Below, piece after piece: positions 37,948-48,688 of a stretch of 64,000 nucleotides of DNA. The translations under genes were made by a program, and so were the position numbers. The notes beneath the pieces were generated by a model, which made no database searches, was not told where the DNA came from, and saw nothing but the letters and a program-made list of their open reading frames with translations. Every line of letters begins with the position of its first letter. The stretch's first letter is position 1. Source of the DNA: a virus; IMG/VR virus record IMGVR_UViG_3300039106_000653, positions 5,388-69,387 of that record; one strand, 5' to 3'.

Positions 37948-40008
37948 TTACTGACTAATAGCCTTACCGATAGGTGATGTTGATTGTAAATACGAATCTA
38001 TTTGTGATGATGTTAATCCCTGCACAAATGCATTTTTACTAATCGCTTGCAAGTATTGCCCCATAGTTACTGGTGGAATGCCTATCTGACCATTAATTAG
38101 ATTGTATGCATTAAGCTGCGGTGCAATTACCCCGGCAACAGTTTGAAATTTATTCTCTGTTGATACCGTTGGGTCACGGAAAACATTATCCGAAAGTTGT
38201 GCAGCATTATTAGATAAATTGACAATTTGATTATCAATATTTGTCTTAAATGTTTTGTCTGTTTGATATTTATTTGACAGATAGCTTAAGTTATTACCTT
38301 CTCGTTGAACGGATGCATTTAAGTTTGCGTTGGCTAAGCTAGTGCTCGCTTGTGTATCAGTATTATATTTACTTGTTTCTGCATTAAGATTTGCATTATA
38401 CATACTCGATGCAGCACTTTTATCTGAGCCATACATACTAGCTGAAGCACTAATTCTTGCTTGCTCTAACTGTGCTGAATTATTAATACCTGCAAGTTTT
38501 AATGCCTGACTATTTCCTGTCTCAGTTTTCCACTTATCAAATGCTTGCTGAGAATCTTGTAATGCATTTTGAGATAAATAACTATTGTAAGCTTGGCTGT
38601 AATTAATAGCTTTTTGCAGTTCAGCTTGATTATTAGCTTGATTAATAGATAACTGTGACTGTTGCGCATTCAATGCGCCTGTGTCTATATTCTGCAAGTG
38701 CTGTTGCTGAATTTGGTTCGCAGTTAAAATATCACTTAAACCTGCTCTATTTGCATAATCTGAGTTAGCCAAATAAGATGATGATGCAGTATTTAACCCA
38801 GCATTCAATATTGCTAAATCGGCTGTATTTTGGTTGTTAGCATTAAGCTGATTTGCTTGATTTCGTGCAGTTTGATTTGCTAGATTTTGCTGCTGATAAG
38901 TGCTAGAATCTTGTAATGCAAACGGTTGAGCCGATTTCACCATTTCAGCTTGCGCATTACCTGCCGATATTGAACTATTCAATAACCCACGACCTGCCGC
39001 TGTACGCTCACCTGACTTTTGTGCTAACTGCATCAAAGGCGAATCTTCACCAGTGATTTTCGCTAACTGATACTGCGATGTCGCTTCAGGGGTAACCTGC
39101 CCTAATTGCGCTTGTGCTTGCGGCACCGTAATACCTTGAGCCTTAGCAAAATTGACAATATCTTGATACTGCTGAGCGCCTTTATAAGCTAATAACCCAT
39201 TACTTGAAGGTGTTGTATTAACTAATTTACCATCCGTGGTGTACAGTGGCATTGTTGTTTGCCCTGTGGTTGTGTTATTTGCCCCACTATTAGGTGTATT
39301 GTTTGTGGAATTTTGCTGCGGCCCTAAGCCTCTAGTATTCCAGAAGTCAAAGCCATTGCTAGCAGGCGTAGTTTTACTATTAACCGCATTAATCCATTGG
39401 TTAACTTGCGGGTCAGAGAAACCATCTTTAGTGCTATTGCTTTTTATGTAGTTAGCAATATCTGTATCGCTATAGCCTGCATCCTTAGCGGTTTTATATG
39501 CACCAGTGTAGTCTTTTGATTTTATCGCTGAATCAAATGAGGCCAATGTATTTGGATTGACATTTCCATAGGTTCCGTAAGCTGGGCCTACATTATCTGC
39601 TGGTATGTTAATTGCGGTAGGGGCTTGGTCTGGTAATGGCTTTGGCTTTGGTATTGGCGTAGCTGAAGGTGTTGGTACAGGAGTATTACCAAGTAGCCCA
39701 GAAACTACATTGTTTACCGATGTATGCCAATCAGGGACAACGCTTGATGGAGCTGGAACTGGTGGTGGATTATATACCTGTGGAGCAGGAGCAGGACTTG
39801 GTGAAGGCGTCTGATAGTTGCTTAAATAATTTGCCGCATTAGACGCTGCTGTAGTTGAACCAAGTTGCTGGCCAACATAATTGGATATTTGACTATCATT
39901 AAATCCAAATGACCTAGCTAAGTCTGCTGCTTTTGCGTAGTCGTTTGGATTTGAGCTATTTATATAACTATTGAATTTATCGTAATCAGATTGTGTTGGA
40001 CTTGCCAT
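37948..40008 (-). CDS. Ejection/internal virion protein
   Basis: N/Q/S/A-rich; DSPLMQ.A...GRGLLNSS...AQPFALQDS motif seen in podophage internal proteins. Confidence 0.7.
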   Translation of the reverse strand: MASPTQSDYDKFNSYINSSNPNDYAKAADLARSFGFNDSQISNYVGQQLGSTTAASNAANYLSNYQTPSPSPAPAPQVYNPPPVPAPSSVVPDWHTSVNNVVSGLLGNTPVPTPSATPIPKPKPLPDQAPTAINIPADNVGPAYGTYGNVNPNTLASFDSAIKSKDYTGAYKTAKDAGYSDTDIANYIKSNSTKDGFSDPQVNQWINAVNSKTTPASNGFDFWNTRGLGPQQNSTNNTPNSGANNTTTGQTTMPLYTTDGKLVNTTPSSNGLLAYKGAQQYQDIVNFAKAQGITVPQAQAQLGQVTPEATSQYQLAKITGEDSPLMQLAQKSGERTAAGRGLLNSSISAGNAQAEMVKSAQPFALQDSSTYQQQNLANQTARNQANQLNANNQNTADLAILNAGLNTASSSYLANSDYANRAGLSDILTANQIQQQHLQNIDTGALNAQQSQLSINQANNQAELQKAINYSQAYNSYLSQNALQDSQQAFDKWKTETGNSQALKLAGINNSAQLEQARISASASMYGSDKSAASSMYNANLNAETSKYNTDTQASTSLANANLNASVQREGNNLSYLSNKYQTDKTFKTNIDNQIVNLSNNAAQLSDNVFRDPTVSTENKFQTVAGVIAPQLNAYNLINGQIGIPPVTMGQYLQAISKNAFVQGLTSSQIDSYLQSTSPIGKAISQ

Positions 40009-40091
40009 TAACCCCCTATATCATTTTTGCTATATTATAGCAAGTAATTAAACATTGTTTAATTTAATTTCAAAAAACACAACATATAGTG

Positions 40092-40547
40092 CTAGTTGTT
40101 ATGCGAAGTCACTACATATTGTAGTAAGTACATTACTAGCGCACCAATAGCTGAGCTTGCACCTACTAATATTGTCTTACTAATTGATGTCATGACCTGC
40201 GTTCTAGCATTAGCCATTTCTAATGAACGTACACGATCATCAATGTTTTTAGTATCTATGTGTAGCCGAGTATCAATATCATCAATCTTATTGCCGAATC
40301 GCTCAAATGTAGTCTTGTAGCCTTCATAGATAATTTGACTTTGCTTATCACGCTCACTCATAGTGGAGGCTAATAGGCTTATTGATGTTGATAGTTCAGA
40401 TACTTGTTTGCATAGCATGTTAAAGTCTGATTTCATTGACCGCTCGAAACCATTAAAATCTTCACGAATATCATGTAAGTCATCGTGAATATCTTTTAAA
40501 TCTTCTTCAGTACGCATGACACGCTCCGAGTAATCCTGTATAGACAT
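40092..40547 (-). CDS. Coiled-coil protein with a C-terminal TM segment (holin/antiholin-like)
   Basis: RVRSLE followed by a hydrophobic C-terminus. Confidence 0.5.
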   Translation of the reverse strand: MSIQDYSERVMRTEEDLKDIHDDLHDIREDFNGFERSMKSDFNMLCKQVSELSTSISLLASTMSERDKQSQIIYEGYKTTFERFGNKIDDIDTRLHIDTKNIDDRVRSLEMANARTQVMTSISKTILVGASSAIGALVMYLLQYVVTSHNN

Positions 40548-40603
40548 TAGTCTCCTTGGTCATAATGTTTAATTGATTTCATTTGAGATTCTTGACTCAG
40601 TAG

Positions 40604-41065
40604 TTAACTATCTAAAGAATTTGCTAAAATAAAAACTTGTTCAATCTTGTAGCTAATACTTAAACTCTCAGCGAATGTAACTAAGTGCGTGTTGTTAGAA
40701 TGTAGCGTGGTCTCATACTCCCACATGTCAATTAACTCGCCATCATTGCTGTTTTGTATTGCATCTTCAACAGTATCTCTTATATTTAGCCGCCTCAATG
40801 CGCGTCTAAATGATGCTGCACTTGCTGTGTAAATAACAGGAGGTAACGGATCGGCAGGTTCTGGGGTGTGCGGCGGGTGCTCAATAACTTCACCTGTGGG
40901 TTCCCATACGTACTCTCCATCTTGCAAACCTAATGTGATTACACCCTCAACCCAACCATCGCGCCATTTTAAATACTCTCTGTAATCTGAGTTATTTTCA
41001 TCTGCTGGAATACTTGCGCCATCAGCAATGCGGATAATTGTGTCTGTGTGTGTTAGTTTGTACAT
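40604..41065 (-). CDS. Tail fibre assembly/chaperone-like protein
   Basis: IIRIADGASIPADENNSDYREYLKW motif; directly after the fibre gene. Confidence 0.7.
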   Translation of the reverse strand: MYKLTHTDTIIRIADGASIPADENNSDYREYLKWRDGWVEGVITLGLQDGEYVWEPTGEVIEHPPHTPEPADPLPPVIYTASAASFRRALRRLNIRDTVEDAIQNSNDGELIDMWEYETTLHSNNTHLVTFAESLSISYKIEQVFILANSLDS

Positions 41066-41068
41066 TTT

Positions 41069-42364
41069 TTATAATCTCGCTGACAATGTTAATGTCTGAA
41101 CTGCCCCTGTTGTTTGATAACAATGTAAAGCGTCTGCTGTTGTTCCTGTTGATGTAAAACCCGCTCCACCACCTCCAATCGTAGGCGTGGTTCGCATATT
41201 GATTGGGAATGTTGTTTTAGATGTAGACGATTGGCTAACAAACACAGTATATGTCTGATAGTATCGTTGGCATAAACTAAGTTCTATACTGTATGGTTTT
41301 CTTTCAAACGGCGTTGCTACTGAGCCTTCTTCGAGTTGCACATCTGTTATCGTAAATGAATCGTCTGCCCCAGCAGTGCCGGTAGGAGTATATGTAAAGT
41401 AAGTTCCAAATTGCGTGGCGCTTGCAGGCACTGCTATTTGTAATTGATATAAAGTTTGTGCTGCATTTAGTGTAATGGGGGTATTGTATATAGTTCCTCC
41501 GCCAGTGAATCCAGCTGTAAGTATAGAAGATTCAACTCCTGTTCCGTATTGGGAAACAATACCCAATAAATTACTGGTGGATGAGAAATTACCCCCTTTT
41601 TGAATTTTTAATGATAATGTTACTGTTTTTCCGGCAAATTTAGCAATCTCAATAGATTCAAACGACTTACTTAAATACAAATTTGCGGTTGATGTATCGC
41701 CCGCTGTTCGCTGGACTTTTAAAGCTGGTAATCCGTTTACAGTTTGTTTCGATGCAGTTATACCTGACGTATATGAGGTTCTATTATATTGCCAGTCATC
41801 CGCGCAAAATGATGTAGATGCGTTAGTAGGATTAGTAAAACTCGTCCCACCTTGCCATATCTGAAAATCGCCATTGATAATCTTGTTTCTGAATCCCTTG
41901 GCGGCTGAATCTGCTAAATAAGCTGTTCCAGTAGAATTAATTAATAGTGATTGACCAGCATTTGCAGAAGTTATAGATGGAAATGTAGAAACTATTGTTG
42001 CTGCTGCTGATGCGCTTGTTGCTGCTGCACTAGCTGATGCGGCGGCTGCTACCTTGCTATTGTAAGAATCAAGCGAATCATAAACCCATGCTGTGCCGTT
42101 CCATACACCGATGCGATTAGTGGTAGTATCAAAATAATCAGCACCTGTCTGTAATGCGCCGCCACTGTTATCAACTGTAGGTGCTGAGCTTTTAGCTCCA
42201 AGATGTAGCTTGTTGTATAAGTTAACCGCTGAACCATAGTTATTAAATGTACTATCTACGCTAGCAAATGCACTCTGTATTGCCAAGAACTCAGAGTAGA
42301 CATCGGTTCCTTTGGCTAAAGTATTATCAGGAAATGTGTGTGTGGTTACATAGTATGTTGTCAT
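41069..42364 (-). CDS. Tail fibre / receptor-binding protein
   Basis: N-terminal anchor, Ala-rich coil, RNKIINGDFQIWQ...VQLEEGSVATPFE...ELSLCQRYYQ domain. Confidence 0.85.
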   Translation of the reverse strand: MTTYYVTTHTFPDNTLAKGTDVYSEFLAIQSAFASVDSTFNNYGSAVNLYNKLHLGAKSSAPTVDNSGGALQTGADYFDTTTNRIGVWNGTAWVYDSLDSYNSKVAAAASASAAATSASAAATIVSTFPSITSANAGQSLLINSTGTAYLADSAAKGFRNKIINGDFQIWQGGTSFTNPTNASTSFCADDWQYNRTSYTSGITASKQTVNGLPALKVQRTAGDTSTANLYLSKSFESIEIAKFAGKTVTLSLKIQKGGNFSSTSNLLGIVSQYGTGVESSILTAGFTGGGTIYNTPITLNAAQTLYQLQIAVPASATQFGTYFTYTPTGTAGADDSFTITDVQLEEGSVATPFERKPYSIELSLCQRYYQTYTVFVSQSSTSKTTFPINMRTTPTIGGGGAGFTSTGTTADALHCYQTTGAVQTLTLSARL

Positions 42365-44446
42365 TTATCCCCTGTTAATTCGATTGGGTAGATAATGAAC
42401 AGTGACGCTGTTCAATGTAAATGGCTCTGATTGGTCGCTATTACCGTAAAATAGGAATGAAATGTTTTGACCATTGCCTGTTAAGCTAAGAATCTGTTGA
42501 TCTATAATGGGTGATGACCATGACATTTGCGCCCATCTACCAGCACCCCAATAGCCACCAGCCCCCTTAACTTCTAAATTGACTGGTGTGCTACTTTCGC
42601 GATTGGTATTTCCGTAAGCTAATTCATAGCTGAAGCGAATAGCTGAACCATTCGTACCTTTAGAATTAATCTCAATGCGCTTGTATCGCTTAATGATGCT
42701 AGGTGAACCAAGATGCAAGAACGGTGTGCGTAATGCGTAAACCATAGGCTGACCATCACAGTTATTCCCTGTATCTTCACGATAGACATAACCGTCTTTA
42801 TCGCCAAACAGCATCACCTCTGTATAGTCATCGACATTCACCGAGCTAATGCATACAGGAATATGGTAATAGCTGAATGTTGTGAACTGTGGCAAGCTGT
42901 TGTCGGCATACAAGGCATCTTGAGTTAAGATTATTCCTGTACCGTCATTGAGATAGATTCTGTATTGGTTGTTTATGCGTGATATACCAGCACCAACAAC
43001 TGCCTTAGTGCTGATTAAGTCATTCACCAGAGGCCAGATTAGCCTAGATACTGTACCGCTCTGAAAGTCCCCAAAAGCCTGGGTAGGGTCTAACCTAATA
43101 ATACCCTTCTTGGTCATCATGTAGGGTCTAACTGATACCGCGCAAGTGTTGTCTATACCACTGGTATCTGCCGATAGTACCTTCAATGTAAAATCAGCCG
43201 TTGTGCTGCCATACATGGCGCTTATTTGTCGTTCTGTGGAAATGATTAAGGCATTATCAAGCACTGACCTCATGCCTTTTATTTCGCTTCCTAGACCGTA
43301 TTCTGCTGCACCTAGAAATCCGCTAAAGTTAAGAGGCTCGCCCAAGACAGAGGATTGTAATGAGCCTTTTCTGAACGCTAGCCATAAATAGTTTTTATGC
43401 GCTTCAATATACAGAGGCTTGTTGTCAAACGGGGCATTCGGTAATGTCGGTAAAATGATCGGTGTAAATATCGTGCCATCAAATTCAAATGCAGGATTAA
43501 CACCATCACAACCATACATTCTGAAAGTATCAGTCGATGCGTAGAAGTTATAGTTTACAAACTGGAACTTATTAGCGCCTGCTGTTAATGTAATAGCTGA
43601 GCTTGCACCATTGGTAGTGGCTTTAGTTACACCTGCTTTCTTAATAGCTTCAGCATTAATAAACGCACCTGATGATATTTGTACCACCATATAACCTGCC
43701 GCATCCGTACCCCAAGAGCCGCTATACTTGACAATGCGCTTAATCGTACCCGTTGCACCTGATGTGCCGCCCGTAATGACTACACCTTCAGCTAAATCAC
43801 CCACTGCACCAACACCAGTATTGAACTTTAGCAAGCTATAGAATGTGACTGCTGTCCATGATGTGCCGTTGCCGACATACATAATGACATTTGTGCCATT
43901 GCTTCTGAATGCGTAGTAATTGGTTTTGTAAACCCATACGCCCAATACATTTCCTGTTCCTGGTACTGGCGACAGTAAGTTACGAAAGTAATTGTTAGAG
44001 GCTAATTGCCATGCTCTATTTAAAGCTGAAGTACCTGCACCATTTTGAGATTCTTTAGCAACAACAGTCACACCACTATGCGCAGTAATGCTATTACCGA
44101 TACCAAATGAACCTGTTAAATTCACAATACAAAGCTGTTTAAGCGTATCATCCTTAGCTACAATATATCCAGTAGCACCGCTAGTGGCATCGGTTAATGC
44201 TGTACCAATGGTGAATGAGGTGGTATTGGATAGCGTTAACGCATACCAAGGATTTGAGTCTAATGTTGGGCCACCGCAAGTACGCTCATAACCATTGATT
44301 GTTTGATAACCACCAGTAACTAAGGCTTTGAAGTTTCTAGCTTCAAGCATGAATCCTGGTTGAATACTATCGTGTGGCGTTGATAGATCAATACCACCAC
44401 GCATACTAACTGAAGCTGTTTTAACCTGCGGTAAACCTTGCGGCAT
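42365..44446 (-). CDS. Podovirus tail nozzle / stabilisation protein
   Basis: Beta-propeller-like sequence; follows the adaptor; KRYKRIEI near the C-terminus. Confidence 0.75.
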   Translation of the reverse strand: MPQGLPQVKTASVSMRGGIDLSTPHDSIQPGFMLEARNFKALVTGGYQTINGYERTCGGPTLDSNPWYALTLSNTTSFTIGTALTDATSGATGYIVAKDDTLKQLCIVNLTGSFGIGNSITAHSGVTVVAKESQNGAGTSALNRAWQLASNNYFRNLLSPVPGTGNVLGVWVYKTNYYAFRSNGTNVIMYVGNGTSWTAVTFYSLLKFNTGVGAVGDLAEGVVITGGTSGATGTIKRIVKYSGSWGTDAAGYMVVQISSGAFINAEAIKKAGVTKATTNGASSAITLTAGANKFQFVNYNFYASTDTFRMYGCDGVNPAFEFDGTIFTPIILPTLPNAPFDNKPLYIEAHKNYLWLAFRKGSLQSSVLGEPLNFSGFLGAAEYGLGSEIKGMRSVLDNALIISTERQISAMYGSTTADFTLKVLSADTSGIDNTCAVSVRPYMMTKKGIIRLDPTQAFGDFQSGTVSRLIWPLVNDLISTKAVVGAGISRINNQYRIYLNDGTGIILTQDALYADNSLPQFTTFSYYHIPVCISSVNVDDYTEVMLFGDKDGYVYREDTGNNCDGQPMVYALRTPFLHLGSPSIIKRYKRIEINSKGTNGSAIRFSYELAYGNTNRESSTPVNLEVKGAGGYWGAGRWAQMSWSSPIIDQQILSLTGNGQNISFLFYGNSDQSEPFTLNSVTVHYLPNRINRG

Positions 44447-45129
44447 TAAGCAAGTGATCTCCCAATTCTAGGTTTAGGCGCTTGCTCGAAAGTCAAGTCT
44501 CTGTAATAAGATGCAAAGTTCTTTTGACCTCTAGCAATGCATTCTTGCGCGGATTCATAAAAACCGTATTCTTGTAAAGCCTTCCAGACAATAATCAGTT
44601 GATATTGTTCAGGAATAATAGGTTCATCAATATCAGTCACCATTTGATGTGGTGTACTGTAATACTGACCTTTTACTGTGTAGCCTGTAGCGTCAGGGAT
44701 AGGAAATAACACTAACGACTTATCTGGTTTGATTGAAAAATCAAACGGTCTACCTGTTTGTGTCGATGCTGCACCAAAATCACGGTAATCACGAAAATGC
44801 GTGTTGTAATCCAGATACCTTAACCATTGCTCGTCATAGATACCAGTTGCCGTAGTGTAGACTCTGAATGAATTAGGTTTCCAGTCTCGAATGTCTGTAT
44901 ATCCACCATAAGTTTTAGGATATATTTTCTGGCCTGAGATTGTCTGAAAACTAAATTCCTTAGTGCGAAATAACCAGTCTTGGCGCATATTCTGGATTTC
45001 CTCATACGCCTGTTCTATCCAGTTGACTAAGCGTAGCATTTCACCCGTTTGATTCAATGTAGAAGCAGGCCCATCGCCTGAGATAGACGCTTCTTGCCGT
45101 AACCGCTTACACAGTTCAAGCTTTGTCAT
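44446..45129 (-). CDS. Head-tail adaptor (tail tubular A-like)
   Basis: LELCKRLRQE...W.F...GRP...LFPIPD...PIIPEQY pattern. Confidence 0.8.
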   Translation of the reverse strand: MTKLELCKRLRQEASISGDGPASTLNQTGEMLRLVNWIEQAYEEIQNMRQDWLFRTKEFSFQTISGQKIYPKTYGGYTDIRDWKPNSFRVYTTATGIYDEQWLRYLDYNTHFRDYRDFGAASTQTGRPFDFSIKPDKSLVLFPIPDATGYTVKGQYYSTPHQMVTDIDEPIIPEQYQLIIVWKALQEYGFYESAQECIARGQKNFASYYRDLTFEQAPKPRIGRSLA

Positions 45130-45614
45130 TATGAACGCTCAGCACGCACAGTTTGCAACCAGCCATGACCTTTAGGATTAGGGTCGTTCAAGATGGTGAT
45201 GTGATGCGTAGGAGTAAAGAACGACTTTAATTCTGTAGACTTTTCATTATCACGACCAACAACTTCTTGGGTTCTAATGTTCTCAGTCTTGACGCTGGCT
45301 AATACATAAACAAATTTACGCTTTACCCATTTCGGCATACCACGAATAAATGTTTGCCAGATACCGTTATGGCATACAGGAATTTCAATAGGGTCTAGTG
45401 GATTACCTGACTCATTGACAACGACTTCGATTTTTTCATTCATGAAGCGTTCTTCTTCTAGCAATTTAGCGATATTTGCCGAAGGGTCTACAGCTTCATA
45501 CTGACTACCAAAATCCTCTAGTAATTCGTCTTTGTCTATTTCACCTGAGCCTGGAATAATGATTGATCTTTCACCACCAATATCCATATTATCTGTATTG
45601 TATTTTCTTGCCAT
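45129..45614 (-). CDS. Conserved head-region protein
   Basis: HNG....IRG....VKRKFV.VL and DPNPKG..WL motifs; between capsid and adaptor genes. Confidence 0.6.
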   Translation of the reverse strand: MARKYNTDNMDIGGERSIIIPGSGEIDKDELLEDFGSQYEAVDPSANIAKLLEEERFMNEKIEVVVNESGNPLDPIEIPVCHNGIWQTFIRGMPKWVKRKFVYVLASVKTENIRTQEVVGRDNEKSTELKSFFTPTHHITILNDPNPKGHGWLQTVRAERS

Positions 45615-45637
45615 TTTATTATTCTCAGTAAGTTAAA

Positions 45638-45668
45638 AGGGAAAAGACCGGGATATTTCACCCGGTCA
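45638..45668 (-). terminator. Terminator after the capsid-accessory genes
   Basis: Minus strand GACCGGG-tgaaatat-CCCGGTC-TTTT. Confidence 0.7.
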
Positions 45669-45674
45669 ATAGTT

Positions 45675-46181
45675 CTAGGTTAAGAACGGTCTAGCAGGGA
45701 TAAAGCCCACGCTATGAAACACGTTGCTTAAACCTGATTGTGCAAAAGAAGTAGTACCGAAAGTAAATGCTGAACTACCTGCTGCGTTACGCACTAAAAT
45801 CACACCGAATGGCGCATAAGTTGCAGATAAGTTAGGGGCTTTAGGCACTTGATTACCGAATCCATAGCTAGGAGCGGTAGTTGCACCATCCCAATCTACG
45901 ATGTTGCCTTGAGCAGCTACAATGTTGCCTGAAGCATCTAAGCCCAATGTATAAGCACACGCTTTACCGACTGAAGCTGTAGGAGTTACAGCAACAAAAG
46001 CTAAGCCAGTTACAATATCAGTAGTCGGTGTAGCTTGGTTAGTTACCGCTGCTTTGGTTTTGCCATCACTATTGATGAAATAATGAATGATGTTTGCAGT
46101 TGAAATAGTGCTAGTAGTGCCTGCTGATAAGCCAGCTACGTTCGCAGTATAAGAACCGCTTGAGAGAAAATCTGCTTGCAT
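45675..46181 (-). CDS. Capsid decoration-like protein
   Basis: A/T/G-rich beta protein downstream of the capsid gene. Confidence 0.6.
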   Translation of the reverse strand: MQADFLSSGSYTANVAGLSAGTTSTISTANIIHYFINSDGKTKAAVTNQATPTTDIVTGLAFVAVTPTASVGKACAYTLGLDASGNIVAAQGNIVDWDGATTAPSYGFGNQVPKAPNLSATYAPFGVILVRNAAGSSAFTFGTTSFAQSGLSNVFHSVGFIPARPFLT

Positions 46182-46190
46182 TAATTTATC

Positions 46191-46415
46191 CTATGGAATG
46201 AGTTTAAGAGCCGCTGGGTTCCAGAGTGCGCCGTAGTTAGTGTCTGTTACACCTGCGTCAGCATCTAACTTGGCTGTGATACCAATGATTGCCGCGCGTA
46301 ATGCCGCTAAATCCGCTTGAGCTGCATTAAGAGCTTGTCTTAACTCAAGTGCTGTACGCTGATCTGTTATAGCTGCTGTGCGCTTTGCTATTGATTGTGT
46401 GGTTACTATTGCCAT
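46191..46415 (-). CDS. Small head-associated protein
   Basis: ITAKLDADAGVTDTNY motif; GGAG SD. Confidence 0.65.
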   Translation of the reverse strand: MAIVTTQSIAKRTAAITDQRTALELRQALNAAQADLAALRAAIIGITAKLDADAGVTDTNYGALWNPAALKLIP

Positions 46416-46427
46416 TTATGTCTCCAA

Positions 46428-46456
46428 TAAACGGGGTGACTGTGACATCACCCCTA
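46428..46456 (-). terminator. Hairpin after the major capsid gene
   Basis: GGGGTGA...TCACCCC stem followed by GTTTATT on the minus strand. Confidence 0.6.
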
Positions 46457-46461
46457 GTGTC

Positions 46462-47520
46462 CTAGCCAGACAATGCGTTAGCCGCAACTTCAGCAACCGC
46501 CAACCAGCCTGGGTTAGCGATACCGCAACCATGCCAGAATTTAGCGCCCACATAACCGCGTTGACCGATGGGGTCAGCTTTGGTAGGTTTGGTGTCTAAA
46601 TAAATAGCTTCGACTGATTCTTGACCGCGTAAAGCAACTTGGATAAATGCTTCTTCAGCTACAAATACAACAGGATATACGTCTGGGTTAGTACCGCCAG
46701 TGGTGTATAAGTCATAAGTAGATGCAGTAATAGAAGATGCAGCGTTAGGATAAGAGCTCAATTCAGGACTTAATACGAAACGGATGTTTCTCCATGTACC
46801 GATTTCACGATCATTGATTAATTGGCGTTGACCGTACAAAGCAGTAACAGTGAAGCCGGGCAAATCGCGGATGTCTTGCTCTAAATCAGTATGTGCAAAC
46901 GCTACATATGAAGGTTCTACTTGACGAGTACCCCAGTTGCCTGTAGAGTTGAGCACCTTAGTGATTAATTTGCCGTGATTCTTTTGCAGAGAGCGCACGA
47001 TACGAGAACAAACTACATCATTAAGTTTACCTGATACAGTTGCGCGTGAGGTCGCAGTTGTACCAGTTGCGTTAGCATAGAATTTGTTAGTTGAGCCTTT
47101 CATCTGGCCCCAAATAGCTAACTCACGAACCAAAGACATACGATTACCGATGTTTTGCTTCATGCCTTCCATGATGTCATCTTCATACAAATCTTCGTCT
47201 TTATCGGTGTAGCTGTATAAAGCTGAATACTGTACTAATTTGATTGGTATATCACGACGAACTAAGCTATCAGCTTGAGGTGTGACACCTTCAGTAGTGA
47301 TGTGCTCAGCGATTGCGATAGACCAAGTGTTTGGAGCTGAAACAGTACCACCGTAAGGAACCCAAGATGAGTAAGTCACGGTATCTGTTTTGTTTTTAGG
47401 CATTTTTTTGTTCATAGCAACATTGCCAAGAACTTCTGCCGGAATTGCGTATGCGATAAACTCACCTGAGAGCTGCGCAAGACGCGAAGCCTGTGAGTCG
47501 TATGTATGACCTAATGCCAT
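46462..47520 (-). CDS. Major capsid protein, N4-gp56-like
   Basis: MPKNK, TEGVTP, LVQY, HTDLEQDIR, EIG...IRFV, DPIGQRGYVGAK. Confidence 0.92.
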   Translation of the reverse strand: MALGHTYDSQASRLAQLSGEFIAYAIPAEVLGNVAMNKKMPKNKTDTVTYSSWVPYGGTVSAPNTWSIAIAEHITTEGVTPQADSLVRRDIPIKLVQYSALYSYTDKDEDLYEDDIMEGMKQNIGNRMSLVRELAIWGQMKGSTNKFYANATGTTATSRATVSGKLNDVVCSRIVRSLQKNHGKLITKVLNSTGNWGTRQVEPSYVAFAHTDLEQDIRDLPGFTVTALYGQRQLINDREIGTWRNIRFVLSPELSSYPNAASSITASTYDLYTTGGTNPDVYPVVFVAEEAFIQVALRGQESVEAIYLDTKPTKADPIGQRGYVGAKFWHGCGIANPGWLAVAEVAANALSG

Positions 47521-47538
47521 TAATTCACCATATAGTTG

Positions 47539-48411
47539 TTATCTCCCCAACTCTTTTAGTTTGGATGTCAGTCCAAGATTAAAAGCGTCCGAGGTAGATA
47601 GGGTTTTTGTGTTGTTTGCTGGTGCTGAAGTCTTTGGGACGACCGCTCTATTCAGCTTCTCTTGTTTGGTTTGCTGTTCTTTAGCTTTCGCAGCTTTTAA
47701 CTGCTTGAATTTATCTAGGACATCTGATATTTCTGACGCGTCATTAGCTAAAACAGGGTCTAGTAGAATCTCTAGCACTTCAGGTTCGGAGTTCACCCAG
47801 TCTTTAAATTCTTGTGAATCAGATATTTCGTGCGCATCTTTGTGGCGTCTTAGTAATCGCTTGTGTTCTCTTTCAAACTGTTCTTTAGCGAAGTCGCTTT
47901 TAAGTACCTCTCTTTCCGCTTGCAGTTTTTCGGCTACTAATGCAGTCAAATCATCTGGCGTAATTGATTGGCTTTGAACTTCTCTAACTAACTGTAATTT
48001 ATTGAGAATCTTGCTTAAATCGTTAGCAAACGATACGGATAGATCATCCCCGAATTGTTCATTAATTGATTCCAGCATATCAGGCGTGATAGTCACTTCG
48101 ACTGGTTGCGGCTTAAATGTTTTTAAGTCACTGTCTAGTTGTCCTAATTTGCCGAATGCCTGATCTAATCGCTTGTACACAGCGTTAGGGTCTAGGTCTT
48201 TGATGCGATCTAAGTGCTCTTGATATGCGTCAAACCGTGTTCTGAGTTCATCAAGTGGGTTGGGTTCAACTACTTCTGGTTCTTCAATTACTTCTTGCTC
48301 GACATCTGCATCATCACTGTCAGTCTCATAGGACTCACCAGTTACATTGGACATACCGGACATAAAAGCACTTTCTAAATCTTCACTAGTTGTTTCTAAT
48401 TCTTTGTTCAT
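47539..48411 (-). CDS. Capsid scaffolding protein
   Basis: Acidic coiled-coil protein directly upstream of the capsid gene; SQEFKDW motif. Confidence 0.75.
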   Translation of the reverse strand: MNKELETTSEDLESAFMSGMSNVTGESYETDSDDADVEQEVIEEPEVVEPNPLDELRTRFDAYQEHLDRIKDLDPNAVYKRLDQAFGKLGQLDSDLKTFKPQPVEVTITPDMLESINEQFGDDLSVSFANDLSKILNKLQLVREVQSQSITPDDLTALVAEKLQAEREVLKSDFAKEQFEREHKRLLRRHKDAHEISDSQEFKDWVNSEPEVLEILLDPVLANDASEISDVLDKFKQLKAAKAKEQQTKQEKLNRAVVPKTSAPANNTKTLSTSDAFNLGLTSKLKELGR

Positions 48412-48427
48412 TTTCAGATACCTATTT

Positions 48428-48685
48428 TTACAGCGGCTTGAAAGTCGCTTGTTTGCTGCTCTGGTCGCCAGTTACGATGCGGCCTTTGATTTTGTCTGCT
48501 GTGTCTAACTCAGCTATTGTGAGTAGCCACCGCAGTTCGATTATTCGCCCGCGTAACCGAGCTGTTTCTAATTCATCAACGCCAGCATTTTCGAGTTTCG
48601 TTCTATGCAGTTCGATGCGCTCAGCAATGCTGGACGCTATCTTTTCCCACATGTACGATTCTCTTTCTGCTTGCGTGAGTTTCAT
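48428..48685 (-). CDS. Small portal-adjacent protein
   Basis: ETARLRGRIIEL motif typical between portal and scaffold. Confidence 0.65.
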   Translation of the reverse strand: MKLTQAERESYMWEKIASSIAERIELHRTKLENAGVDELETARLRGRIIELRWLLTIAELDTADKIKGRIVTGDQSSKQATFKPL

Positions 48686-48688
48686 TTA

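Noticed and set aside
40604-42364. Diversity-generating retroelement acting on the tail fibre
   Set aside because: No reverse transcriptase and no template/variable repeat pair with adenine-specific mismatches seen in the window
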